Shown: positions 10,206 through 19,963, numbered from the stretch's first letter. The stretch: DNA of 64,000 bases from Candidatus Micrarchaeota archaeon (GCA_021848125.1 JAJZMY010000019.1:13054-77053), one strand, 5' to 3'. Numbers and translations: made by a program. The notes: generated by a model from the sequence alone, not told the origin.

Positions 10206-11636
10206 ATGTTTAAGATGTTATTTAAAAATGAAAATAAGCATGACCAGAAAAATAAAGAAAATGAAAAGCAAAACTTCAAAGAATTTGATTTGCTGCAAAA
10301 ATCAATTGACAAATCAACAAATGGCTTTTTTCATTCAACTCCTTTAATTATGTATCAGGAAAATGGAAACAGTTTTGAAGTAGATCTAAGAAAATTTTTT
10401 CTGATTTCTGCATTGTCTGAGGGAAATGTATTGCTGCGTGGAGGTACAGGAATAGGAAAAACAAGTTTTGCAAAAGCATTTTTAGAGGGATTATTCAATC
10501 AAAATTATGGTGTAATACAATTTGATATTGGTTTGGATGAAACTAAATATTTGGATGTGGATTTTGGCAAAATGAAAAAAGGTCAAAATCTGAGCGATGC
10601 AATAACAGAGTCAAAATTAATTAAAATGCCTGCAATTATCTTTGATGAATACAACAGAGCATTAGGCGCACAAACATCATTAGTTCAAGGATGGCTAATT
10701 AATGACGAATTGACTATTGAAGGAAATAAAAAAATCAGGCCAGGATACAAATTAAAAGACAGTAATTATTATCAATTAAAAATTGCAACAATAAATGAAG
10801 GCAATGAATATATCAATACACAGGAAATCGATTTTGCTTCAAGAGATAGATTTTCAATTGAATTGAATCTTGATAATTTTCCAATGAATGATAGTGATAA
10901 GAATAATTTAATACTAAATTCTTCCTTTGTAAATAAAAATAATTATGAAAATAAATCTTTAATTGGAACTGAAAATTCAAATTCAAAATCTTTTTTTGAC
11001 CTATATTTTAAAATAAAAGACATTCAATTGTCTGCGCAAGCCCAGGAATTTCTTGTTTATTTGCAAAGATTGGACAATTGCTATAAATCGCCGATTGGAA
11101 CTAAAAAAAGTTTTATTGAATTTAATAGCCATTCAACATGCGAGGGATGCCACGCGCTTAATAAAGACAATGGCATTTGTTCAAGTATTCATGCAATATC
11201 CCCAAGAACTGCATCAAATTTAATAAGGCTTGGAAAAGCATTTGCAGCATACAGGATTTATAAACTAGAAAATGAAAATAAAGAGACAAGCAATGAAATG
11301 ATAATAAATGATTTAGAAGCAGTAGCGCCATTTGTATTATCAATGCAGAAATTAGATTTATCAAAGGAATGGATAAAAAAATCACTAAATCAGACTGGAA
11401 ATTCAGAGTATACTGCAGTAAAAGAAGCATTTAATATTATAAAACAGAGGTTTAATAATGATAAATTAGTTAGCCACAATCCAATTTTAGACGAAAACAA
11501 AAACCAGGATCCAGCAGAAAATGAAAAGCAAAAAATTGACCAGATAATGAAAAATCCATGGTCAAGTTCAAGGGAAAATGTTATAAAAGTTTATGAATAT
11601 TTAAGGAAAACTGGAAATTTTTTTAATAAGACTTAG
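10206..11636 (+). CDS. MoxR-like AAA+ ATPase
   Basis: Walker A is LLRGGTGIGKTSFAKAF. The Walker B/MoxR signature is IIFDEYNRA. It is followed by a VWA-domain gene, the classic MoxR-VWA pairing. Confidence 0.65.
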   Translation: MFKMLFKNENKHDQKNKENEKQNFKEFDLLQKSIDKSTNGFFHSTPLIMYQENGNSFEVDLRKFFLISALSEGNVLLRGGTGIGKTSFAKAFLEGLFNQNYGVIQFDIGLDETKYLDVDFGKMKKGQNLSDAITESKLIKMPAIIFDEYNRALGAQTSLVQGWLINDELTIEGNKKIRPGYKLKDSNYYQLKIATINEGNEYINTQEIDFASRDRFSIELNLDNFPMNDSDKNNLILNSSFVNKNNYENKSLIGTENSNSKSFFDLYFKIKDIQLSAQAQEFLVYLQRLDNCYKSPIGTKKSFIEFNSHSTCEGCHALNKDNGICSSIHAISPRTASNLIRLGKAFAAYRIYKLENENKETSNEMIINDLEAVAPFVLSMQKLDLSKEWIKKSLNQTGNSEYTAVKEAFNIIKQRFNNDKLVSHNPILDENKNQDPAENEKQKIDQIMKNPWSSSRENVIKVYEYLRKTGNFFNKT

Positions 11637-11678
11637 ATATATTATAATAAATTGGGATATTTAATGTTGATGATGTAA

Positions 11679-13325
11679 TTGGTTGAAATAAATAATAATA
11701 ATCTTAAAATAGATAAATCAAGAGATGAGCAGCTGCAAAATATTATTAATAAATATTTTAAAGACAAAAATTGGGATTTAAATAAATTAGACCTGCAGAT
11801 TTCATCATCAGGGTCTTTGATAAATGCTTATATAAAATTAGACGATTGGATAATAAATTTAAAATTAAATTCTTCATTAGAACAAGATTTAGAAAATCTT
11901 TTAAAAATCAAGGCAAATAAAACAAATATTCTTGATAGTATACTTTATAGTACAATAACTCATGAAAAAGGGCATTGGGATATATGCCCAAAAGATAGAG
12001 TGTATTTAAATAGATTTATTTCAGTTGCATATAAGGAACTAAAAAAACATAACCAGGAATTTAATACATTAGACAATGAAGATAAAAATAAATATATTGA
12101 TACTGTTTTGAATTTATTTGAAGATATTGCTGTTAATTTGTCAAATAAAAATGACAAAAAATTTGTTGAAGGCTACTCATTCCTTTATTTCAATAGATTA
12201 CTTGAAAATAGCCAAATAAACAAAATGTTTTTTGCGTTTGTATATTCACAAATTAATTTTTTGGACAAAGATATGAAGTCTTCATTATTTGATAAGTTTG
12301 ATGTTGATTATAAAACATTAAATCCAATCAGCAGGAAAATACTAGGTGTATTTGTTGGAGATGAAATTTCATGTAAGGTATTTAATGGGCAAGAACTGAC
12401 AAAATATGAAATAGACGAATCAATCAAAAGGATAAAAAACGAAGAGAATTGGGAACAAATGCTAAAAAATTTTATAAAAATTTTAAATGACAATGAATTA
12501 ATTAAAAAATCTGACATAGTATCAATTAATTTATTAATTGGCGAACAATTAGTTTTCAAAACAAAAACAACATTTGAAGAATTTGACCGCATTTATAAAA
12601 AAAATGCGCAAGATATCATTATTAAATACAACAAACCTGATTATAACATTTATTTAAGAAAAGAATTTAGAGATCCAAATTCAATAAATAAGATGTCAAT
12701 TAAAAATACTTTTTTAATAAATAATAAATTAAATATTCCGCAAAAATCTATTTTATACAATATTCCTATTTTAAATTCAATTAATGATCTATTATTTATT
12801 GTGGATGTATCTGGAAGTATGAATTGGACAGGCAAACCCCTAGATAACAGCCATTATGATACATGTATTAGATCTTTATACTCAATTTTTGCTTATCTGG
12901 AAAAACATAGCCAAAACCCACAAACCAAATTCGGGTTAATCACATTTAGTGAATATACAAAATGGACAGGATGGTATGACTTTAACAATTTAATTAAAGT
13001 GAAGAAAGGTTTATTTAATGACTATCAAAATTCCGCAACTAGTCTTAATATTACGACATTAAATAATGCATTCAATCAGTCAAATAAAAAATTCACAACA
13101 ATTATAATAACTGATGGCGACATTTTCAATGAAACAGCACTAATACAATTTTTAGAGCCAAAAATTATTTCAGGTGAAATAATTTTTTTTAATATTAATA
13201 CAGATATAAATCATACAAACGGACTTATTAAAAAATTCAAGGAATTAAGTCCAAATAAAATTTATAAAATAACAAAACCAGAAGATTTGCTTGACAAAGT
13301 AATAAATTTAAATAACAAAAAATGA
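11679..13325 (+). CDS. von Willebrand factor A (VWA) domain protein with an N-terminal HExxH-like segment
   Basis: The MIDAS motif is FIVDVSGSM, with IIITDGD downstream. The N-terminal region contains THEKGHW (HExxH). Confidence 0.65.
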   Translation: MVEINNNNLKIDKSRDEQLQNIINKYFKDKNWDLNKLDLQISSSGSLINAYIKLDDWIINLKLNSSLEQDLENLLKIKANKTNILDSILYSTITHEKGHWDICPKDRVYLNRFISVAYKELKKHNQEFNTLDNEDKNKYIDTVLNLFEDIAVNLSNKNDKKFVEGYSFLYFNRLLENSQINKMFFAFVYSQINFLDKDMKSSLFDKFDVDYKTLNPISRKILGVFVGDEISCKVFNGQELTKYEIDESIKRIKNEENWEQMLKNFIKILNDNELIKKSDIVSINLLIGEQLVFKTKTTFEEFDRIYKKNAQDIIIKYNKPDYNIYLRKEFRDPNSINKMSIKNTFLINNKLNIPQKSILYNIPILNSINDLLFIVDVSGSMNWTGKPLDNSHYDTCIRSLYSIFAYLEKHSQNPQTKFGLITFSEYTKWTGWYDFNNLIKVKKGLFNDYQNSATSLNITTLNNAFNQSNKKFTTIIITDGDIFNETALIQFLEPKIISGEIIFFNINTDINHTNGLIKKFKELSPNKIYKITKPEDLLDKVINLNNKK

Positions 13326-13511
13326 TTATTTTTGCATAAAATCAAATATTTTAAAAATTTCTATTATAAAAAAGAAAAGATATATAAATATTAAATCTAA
13401 TTACTATTTTATATTCTGTTTAATTAATTTATTTTTCTCTAAATAGGCAATAAATTAATAATAAACAAATCTAATCTAATCTAATTTAATTTTATTTTAA
13501 ATGGTGAAAAT

Positions 13512-14207
13512 ATGTATCCAAATATACAAGCATATGATAGGGGAGGTATGTTTAGCCCTGAAGGGAAATTGTTTCAAGTAGAATATGCAAAAGAAGCTGT
13601 TAAAAAAGGCGCAACATCAATAGGTATTATTGCTGATAAAAGTGTCGTGCTGATTGCTCATAAAAATATAACAGAACCCTTATTGGTTCCAGCCACTGTC
13701 CAGAAAATATTTAGAATTGACCAGTATATAGGCGCTACATATAGCGGACTAGTTTCTGACGGATTGCGCATAATTGGATTAATGAGATCAAAGACGCAAA
13801 CGCATAGAATGATTTATGATGAAACAGAATCAGTAGAATCAATTGCAAAAGAAGTTTCAGAAGAAATGCAGCAGGCGACGCAATATGGTGGATTAAGGCC
13901 GTTTGGTATTTCATTGTTAATTGCAGGTTTTGACAGCAAGCCAAGATTATTTGAAGTTGAGCCTGCAGCTGCATTTTTTGGATATAAGGCAGATGCAATC
14001 GGTTCTGGGAAAAAAATAGCAGTTGAAATATTGGAAAAAGAATACAAAGAAAATTTAAGTAGTGAAGAGGCAATTGAACTTGGATTGAGAATAATTAATA
14101 AAATAAACACAAAAAAAACATCAGAAGACAATATTGATATTGGGATTGTTAATAAAGAGCAAGGGTATAAACAATTAACACAAAAAGAAATATTGAAATA
14201 TTTATAA
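13512..14207 (+). CDS. psmA: proteasome subunit alpha
   Basis: YDRGGMFSPEGKLFQVEYA is the signature alpha-subunit N-terminus, and the size is about 230 aa. GGTGA lies 4 nt upstream of the ATG. Confidence 0.9.
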   Translation: MYPNIQAYDRGGMFSPEGKLFQVEYAKEAVKKGATSIGIIADKSVVLIAHKNITEPLLVPATVQKIFRIDQYIGATYSGLVSDGLRIIGLMRSKTQTHRMIYDETESVESIAKEVSEEMQQATQYGGLRPFGISLLIAGFDSKPRLFEVEPAAAFFGYKADAIGSGKKIAVEILEKEYKENLSSEEAIELGLRIINKINTKKTSEDNIDIGIVNKEQGYKQLTQKEILKYL

Positions 14208-14250
14208 TTTTTTAATATTATTTATTATTGGTTTATCTAAATAATTAAAA

Positions 14251-14943
14251 ATGTTTTTAATGTCCAAAATAGTAATTGCAAAATATGAGCGTAACAATGA
14301 ATTGTTTGAGATATTTGTTGATTCTGATTTAGCATATGAGTTTATAACAGGAAAAATAAAGGATCCATTAAAAACCCTTGACATTGAAGAAATATTCAAG
14401 GATGCTAAAAAAGGAGAACGGCAAGGCAATGAAAAAATAAAAAAGATATTTGGAACAAATGATATTTCAAAAATAGCAGAAATTATTTTAAAAAATGGAG
14501 AGGTTCCAATCACAACAGAACAAAAAAATAATTTATTAGAGGAAAAAAGAAAGCAAATTATTGAAATTATTTCAAGAAATTCAATAGATCCAAGAACTAA
14601 TGCCCCGAATCCTCCTTTAAGAATTGAAAATGCAATGAAACAGGCAAAAATTACTATAAATCCTTTTAAATCTGCAACTGATCAAATAGATGAAATTGTA
14701 AAAAAAATAAATATGCTGATACCAATTAAATTTACAAATATAAAATTAGTTGTAACAATCCCCCCAGAATTTTCAAATAGGTGCTATGGTTTATTAAAGC
14801 AGTATGGTTTGAAATCAGAGCAATGGCTTTCAAATGGATCTCTGCAGGCAAATTTGGAATTTCCAGCAGGAATGAAAGCTGATTTTTTTGATAAAATAAA
14901 TAAGCTAACACAAGCAAAAGCAGACATAAAAATCATAGAGTAA
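14251..14943 (+). CDS. SBDS-family ribosome maturation protein
   Basis: [55 protein letters not shown] closely follows the archaeal SBDS N-terminal domain. Its position in the exosome superoperon fits. Confidence 0.85.
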   Translation: MFLMSKIVIAKYERNNELFEIFVDSDLAYEFITGKIKDPLKTLDIEEIFKDAKKGERQGNEKIKKIFGTNDISKIAEIILKNGEVPITTEQKNNLLEEKRKQIIEIISRNSIDPRTNAPNPPLRIENAMKQAKITINPFKSATDQIDEIVKKINMLIPIKFTNIKLVVTIPPEFSNRCYGLLKQYGLKSEQWLSNGSLQANLEFPAGMKADFFDKINKLTQAKADIKIIE

Positions 14944-15123
14944 ATTTTTATTTTTGCAAAAATATATATAACTATACAATTAAATTATTCATATATAATA
15001 TATTTATAATAATTATATTTGTTTTTAAATTTTTAAATTAATATTTTTAAATATTTGATTTTTAAATTATTAAACTATTTTTAATTAATTTATATTTTAA
15101 TATTAAACTTAATCAATGGTTTT

Positions 15124-15738
15124 ATGACTGAAATTTTAATTCCAGGAGATCTGATAGAAGACAAAGAATTATTAAAAAATAACAGATTTTATATTAGCGA
15201 AAATAATAAACATTATTGTACCTTAGTAAGCTTATATAATAATAGGCTGATACCTTTAGAGGGATACTGGTATCCAAATATAGACGAAACAGTAGTTGGA
15301 ATTATCAAGGAAGTAAGAAATAATGTTTTTGAAGTTGATTTATCTCATTTTTTAAGAGCAATTATTATCAATGATTTCAGAAATAAATTACATTTTAATG
15401 TCGGGGATGTGATTGAAGCCAAAGTCAAAGCAATTGAAAACAAAAAAACAATTATTTTAATATATCCCAGATTATTAAGAGACGGAATGCTGATTCAGAC
15501 AAAGCCTGTCAAAATTCCAAGGATCATTGGAAAAAATAATACAATGATAAACCAGATATCAAGTTTTACAAAAACAAGCATTATTGTTGGCTTTAATGGC
15601 TTGATTTATATTAAAGGCGCCAACAGTTCCATGGCAATTTCAACTATTCTGAGAGTTGAAAAGGAAGCGCATACAAAAGGATTAACAGAAAACATCAAGC
15701 AGATTCTGCAAAAAGAGCTTGAGCTGACTGAAAAGTAA
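15124..15738 (+). CDS. rrp4: exosome complex RNA-binding protein Rrp4 (S1 + KH)
   Basis: An S1-like segment (VVGIIKEVRNNVFEVDL) is followed by a KH-like segment (PRIIGKNNTMINQI..GFNGLIYIKG). It lies directly upstream of rrp41/rrp42. It is shorter than typical Rrp4. Confidence 0.75.
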   Translation: MTEILIPGDLIEDKELLKNNRFYISENNKHYCTLVSLYNNRLIPLEGYWYPNIDETVVGIIKEVRNNVFEVDLSHFLRAIIINDFRNKLHFNVGDVIEAKVKAIENKKTIILIYPRLLRDGMLIQTKPVKIPRIIGKNNTMINQISSFTKTSIIVGFNGLIYIKGANSSMAISTILRVEKEAHTKGLTENIKQILQKELELTEK

Positions 15739-15747
15739 GGTGAAGAA

Positions 15748-16476
15748 ATGGCTAGCAGTTTGAATAAACCTGAATTATTAAGACAAGATGGCAAAAGATT
15801 GGATGGACGGGATTTTGATGAATTAAGACCCTTGAAAATTACTGCAAATGTAATAAAAAATGCCAATGGCTCTGCATATACTGAATGGGGAAACAATAAA
15901 GTTTTAGCAGCAGTATACGGGCCAAAAGAAGTTGTTCCCAAGCATTTGTCTGATCCTTCAAAAGCAGTAATTAAATGCAGGTACGCAATGGCTCCTTTTT
16001 CATCTTTATCAGATCATGGAAGATCAGGACCAAACAGAAGGGCAACAGAAATCTCAAAAGTAACAAGAGAAGTTTTTGAAAATGTTGTTTTAACAAAAGA
16101 ATTTCCAGATACTGCAATTGAAATTTCAATAGAAATATTGCAAAGCGATGGAGGTACAAGAGCAGCTGGAATCACAACAGCAGCAGTAGCTCTTGCCAAT
16201 GCAGGCATTCCAATGAAAGACCTGGTTTATGCTGTTTCAGCCGGGAAAATAAAAGACAATATAGTGCTTGATCTGAATATGATTGAGGACAACTATTCTG
16301 ATGCAGACATGCCAGTGGCAATCGCGCCTAGAAACAACAACATCTTGTTATTGCAGATGGATGGGGGATTAACAAAAGCGCAAATAAATTCATCTCTTGA
16401 TAAAGTAATTAATGCTGGAAAGATAATTTCTAAAATTCAAAGGCAGGCGCTGCTTGATGTTTATAAAATAGATTAA
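15748..16476 (+). CDS. rrp41: exosome complex exonuclease Rrp41 (RNase PH fold)
   Basis: RQDGKRLDGRDFDELRPLKI, GSAYTEWGNNKVLAAVYGP and IEILQSDGGTRAA are present. GGTGA lies 4 nt upstream of the ATG. Confidence 0.9.
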   Translation: MASSLNKPELLRQDGKRLDGRDFDELRPLKITANVIKNANGSAYTEWGNNKVLAAVYGPKEVVPKHLSDPSKAVIKCRYAMAPFSSLSDHGRSGPNRRATEISKVTREVFENVVLTKEFPDTAIEISIEILQSDGGTRAAGITTAAVALANAGIPMKDLVYAVSAGKIKDNIVLDLNMIEDNYSDADMPVAIAPRNNNILLLQMDGGLTKAQINSSLDKVINAGKIISKIQRQALLDVYKID

Positions 16477-16484
16477 ATGATAAT

Positions 16485-17270
16485 ATGGATGTAGTGAATT
16501 TTGTAAAAACAAATTATATTAAAAATTTACTGGATAAATCAATCCGATCTGATTCCAGAGGCTTGTATGATTTCAGGCCAATAAATATCCAGGCAAATAT
16601 AATGGAAAATACAGAGGGATCAGCCCAGGTTGATCTAGGGGATACAAGAATTTTGTGTGGCATAAAGATGCAAGTAGAAGATACAAAAGAGGACACTCCA
16701 GACGAGGGCAATTTAATTGTGTCTGCAGAACTGCTTCCGCTGGCGTCATCCCAGTTTGAGTCAGGCCCTCCGAGTGCTGATTCAATTGAATTGGCAAGAG
16801 TAGTTGACAGAGGCATAAGGGCTGCGCAATGCATTGATTTGGCAGATTTGCTTATTGAAGAGAAAAAAGCATGGACTATTTTTATTGATCTTTATGTTTT
16901 AAATTACAGCGGAAATCTATTTGATGCTTCTTATATTGCTGCAATGTCTGCTTTAATGAATACAAAAGTTCCAAAATATGAAGATGGAAAAGCAGTAATG
17001 GAACAAAGAGTAAAAAAATTGAAAGTAGATAATATTGTAACATCAACAACATTTGCAAAAATAAACAATAAAATTATTTTGGATCCTGATGAAAATGAAG
17101 AATATGTAATGGATGCAAGACTGACAATTGCAACTGACAAAAAAAATATAAGGGCAATTCAAAAAGGCCTGTCAGGCGCGTTTTCATCTGATGAAATTAA
17201 GGAATTAGTTGATAGGTCCTTTGAGAAGCATGATTTATTAAAGGATTATATTAATAGTAATACTAAATAA
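16485..17270 (+). CDS. rrp42: exosome complex component Rrp42 (RNase PH-like, inactive)
   Basis: RSDSRGLYDFRPINI.. and GSAQVDLGDTRILCG indicate an RNase PH fold. Gene order rrp4-rrp41-rrp42 is conserved. Confidence 0.9.
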   Translation: MDVVNFVKTNYIKNLLDKSIRSDSRGLYDFRPINIQANIMENTEGSAQVDLGDTRILCGIKMQVEDTKEDTPDEGNLIVSAELLPLASSQFESGPPSADSIELARVVDRGIRAAQCIDLADLLIEEKKAWTIFIDLYVLNYSGNLFDASYIAAMSALMNTKVPKYEDGKAVMEQRVKKLKVDNIVTSTTFAKINNKIILDPDENEEYVMDARLTIATDKKNIRAIQKGLSGAFSSDEIKELVDRSFEKHDLLKDYINSNTK

Positions 17271-17403
17271 AATAAAGCAATAATATTAAATAAATCGTTT
17301 AAAGTAATAATATAATTTAAAGTAATAATATAAAAATTATAAATGTCTAATATAATGTAAAAGAGATATAATATTCATAATATATAAAATTGATAGTGGT
17401 TAT

Positions 17404-17643
17404 ATGGCAAATGCTAGCATTAGATACGGTACTAAAATAAGAAAAAGCTATTCTGAAATTAAGAAAAAAAAGCAAGCAGATTATAAATGTGAAAGATGCG
17501 GGAGAATTTTAGTCCAAAGAATAAATACAGGCATATGGAAATGCAAGCACTGCAGCACTGTTTATGCCGGCGCTGCCTATTCATTGTCAAGCGAGGCAGG
17601 AGAAAAAGGTAAAAAATTAATTGATAATCTTTATCACACCTAG
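17404..17643 (+). CDS. rpl37ae: ribosomal protein L37Ae (eL43)
   Basis: RYGTKIRK at the N-terminus, a CERCG..CKHC zinc ribbon, and GAAY. Its position after rrp42 matches the archaeal superoperon. Confidence 0.85.
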   Translation: MANASIRYGTKIRKSYSEIKKKKQADYKCERCGRILVQRINTGIWKCKHCSTVYAGAAYSLSSEAGEKGKKLIDNLYHT

Positions 17644-17768
17644 AAAATCCAATACAGTCATTTAGTATTAGTAAATGTTTTGTGTAAAGTGCAAAAACTG
17701 AATATTGAAAAAGTTATATAAATCTGAATAATATATAAGTATAACACAGCAAAATAATATAAGATATT

Positions 17769-18104
17769 ATGTCGTCAATACAAATTGAAAATAAAGAAAA
17801 TAAGGAAAACAAAAATTCATCAATTAATAATTTCAATGACATAAATGATAAAGTTGATTTTGATAAATTAAATAAATTGATCCAAAATCCAAAAGAAAAG
17901 CTAAAAAAAGATTTATATAAAAATAAGTCTGCAACTTGCGCAATTGCGCAAAAACCAGGTTCAGATTCTTATTGCGTAAAAATATTCTTTCAAAGAATGT
18001 CAGAAGCAGAAAGAACAATATTATATGAAAAAGAATTTACGCAGTATAAAGATGCAAATAAGGAATTTAATAAAATTTTAAAATCAATGATAAGAAAAGA
18101 TTAG
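17769..18104 (+). CDS. hypothetical protein (111 aa), lysine/asparagine-rich
   Basis: An ORF between rpl37ae and rpoP with no motif I recognise. Its low-complexity N-terminus lowers confidence. Confidence 0.35.
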   Translation: MSSIQIENKENKENKNSSINNFNDINDKVDFDKLNKLIQNPKEKLKKDLYKNKSATCAIAQKPGSDSYCVKIFFQRMSEAERTILYEKEFTQYKDANKEFNKILKSMIRKD

Positions 18105-18470
18105 ATGGTACAAATAACATTTTCACCAATAAATGAATTAGTTATTCATGAAATAATAAGTATTGATTATGAAGACTTAATAAGAGAAAGAGTTACACCT
18201 GCAGGCAATATGCCATTATACTGGTGCAATGGCATTCTTTTCAGTTTTTCGTCAATGCCAATGTCAAAGTCAATAATAAAAGATTATCTGAATGGCAAAA
18301 TTCACTGGGTGGAGGTTCATTATACAAAAAAAGACACTTATGAACCAATTTTAGAATTAGATGATGAACAGTTTAAAACAACATTAAAAATAAGAGTTAT
18401 TGATACAACTCAATCATTATTGCATTTAGATTTTATAAAATGGCTTAAGAATAATCAAAAAATAAAGTGA
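18105..18470 (+). CDS. hypothetical protein (121 aa)
   Basis: The start ATG immediately follows the stop of the previous ORF (TAGATG), which suggests coupling. No motif recognised. Confidence 0.4.
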   Translation: MVQITFSPINELVIHEIISIDYEDLIRERVTPAGNMPLYWCNGILFSFSSMPMSKSIIKDYLNGKIHWVEVHYTKKDTYEPILELDDEQFKTTLKIRVIDTTQSLLHLDFIKWLKNNQKIK

Positions 18471-18474
18471 TACT

Positions 18475-18606
18475 ATGGCTTATATATGTCAAAATTGTGG
18501 AAAAGAAGTAACAGATATAACATATTTTATAACATGTGTTAATTGCGGAGGCAGAATTCTAGTTAAAAAAAGACCAAGTTTAGCAAAAGAAATATCAACA
18601 GATTAA
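18475..18606 (+). CDS. rpoP: DNA-directed RNA polymerase subunit P (Rpo12)
   Basis: This is my own translation; at 43 aa it is below the ORF-track cutoff. Sequence: MAYICQNCGKEVTDITYFITCVNCGGRILVKKRPSLAKEISTD. It has a CxxC..CxxC zinc ribbon followed by RILxKxR, and it sits at the expected superoperon position downstream of rpl37ae. Confidence 0.7.
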   Translation: MAYICQNCGKEVTDITYFITCVNCGGRILVKKRPSLAKEISTD

Positions 18607-18620
18607 ATACATTTGAAATA

Positions 18621-19448
18621 TTAATTATTTTTTTTTATTTTTTCAAGCGTTTTGTCAATTGAATCTTTTAATTCCTTTGCAATAAATCTTTTTGATATTA
18701 TATCTCCTTTTAGCCCTATTGATATTTTTGCAGCATACAGCCTTGCAATCTTTCCTCTAATATTTCTTTTTGCATTTGTTATTGCTGGCAATTTAAACAA
18801 AACCCCATATTTTGGCGGTTTTGATCCGAATTTGATATGTTTAAAAAGTGCTTTTTCAGCCCCGAGTAATTGAATAGTGCTTGAAGGCATTATGCTTAAT
18901 TTTTCCAGTGATCCTGCCTTATTTAACAGTTCTGCTGCTATTTTTTCATCAGTCAAATAAGTAGTGTTTGGCATTAGTTTATTTGATGTTTGTTTTAAAT
19001 ATTCCTCAAAATTTTTTAATGTTTCATCAGTGTTTTTTATATATTTTAAAAACATTATAATTAATTTTTTTTCATTTTCCTCTAAATTTCTTCCGCTAGT
19101 ATTCAGATATTTCTGATATATTGCCTCTGCTTTTGACTTGTCATCAAAAACCCTATAGAAATCATTTATTTCCAGTTTATTTTTATTTTCAAACCCTTTA
19201 AAAAATTCATTTAATTGATTTATCGAAGTCAGGCTAATTTCAGGGAAATAGAGGCCAAACCATTCATTTATTCGTTCAAAAAATAAATTATAGGATTTGG
19301 ACAGTTCATTATATGCATTAATTGCCTGAATAAGCACAAATTCCTCATTTGCATAATTTCTTTTAATTGCTTCCTTTGTTTTTTTAATTGCAAATTTCCT
19401 AATATCTTTAATATTCTTGAAATTTCTAGTATTTTTAAAATTTCTCAT
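18621..19448 (-). CDS. nop5: Nop5 (Nop56/58) C/D box sRNP core protein, lacking the N-terminal domain
   Basis: A NOSIC-like block (ERINEWFGLYFPEISL) lies at residues about 57-72. The Nop domain is present (LLGAEKALFKHIKFGSKPPKYGVLF..RNIRGKIARLYAAKISIGLKGD). The protein is only 275 aa. Confidence 0.8.
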   Translation of the reverse strand: MRNFKNTRNFKNIKDIRKFAIKKTKEAIKRNYANEEFVLIQAINAYNELSKSYNLFFERINEWFGLYFPEISLTSINQLNEFFKGFENKNKLEINDFYRVFDDKSKAEAIYQKYLNTSGRNLEENEKKLIIMFLKYIKNTDETLKNFEEYLKQTSNKLMPNTTYLTDEKIAAELLNKAGSLEKLSIMPSSTIQLLGAEKALFKHIKFGSKPPKYGVLFKLPAITNAKRNIRGKIARLYAAKISIGLKGDIISKRFIAKELKDSIDKTLEKIKKNN

Positions 19449-19680
19449 TTCATCAGTTATTATATTTTAATATTTTTATTTATTCAATTTATTTTATTAT
19501 ATTCTTTATTTTAATAAGATATTATAAAAAAATACATATTTAGTTTATTTTAAAAATAAAAATTAATGCTTTCTGAAAAATTAAATTAGAATTAAATTAT
19601 TAAATAATTAAACAATTAATTGCTAACATTTAAATATATTTGTATTATGAAATATAGGCATATAAATAAAAAGTGGTTTT

Positions 19681-19827
19681 ATGAAATTAGACGAACTTTG
19701 TTGCAAAACAATGAAAATGAAAGCAGAAGAAGACGAATCCGACGACGAAGATTCTGAAGAATCCGACGACGAAGATTCTGATTTTGATGACGAAGATGAT
19801 GATTCGGATTCCAGCGAAGACGAGTAA
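19681..19827 (+). CDS. possible small acidic protein (48 aa)
   Basis: My own translation: MKLDELCCKTMKMKAEEDESDDEDSEESDDEDSDFDDEDDDSDSSEDE. It is a locally GC-richer patch in an AT-rich 515-bp intergenic region. GTGG lies a few nt upstream of the ATG. It contains a 24-nt tandem duplication. Confidence 0.3.
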   Translation: MKLDELCCKTMKMKAEEDESDDEDSEESDDEDSDFDDEDDDSDSSEDE

Positions 19828-19963
19828 ATCTTATTAACTCATCATCATAATTTTATTTGATTTTTTTTATTTTTATTAATAATGGTTTAATTTTTTATTT
19901 TGGAAAATTTAAATAAATTTAAAATAGAAAATATTATAAATTTCTTTGTTCTAATACTTACAA

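Noticed and set aside
13326-13511. A short ctaat/taatc tandem iteration (ctaatctaatctaatttaatt) upstream of psmA.
   Set aside because: It is only about 3 units in AT-rich promoter DNA. This is too short and simple to distinguish from chance low complexity.
17644-17768. A possible C/D box sRNA in the spacer after rpl37ae, which contains CUGA-like D boxes.
   Set aside because: No RUGAUGA C box and no terminal stem could be found. CTGA tetramers alone are expected by chance.
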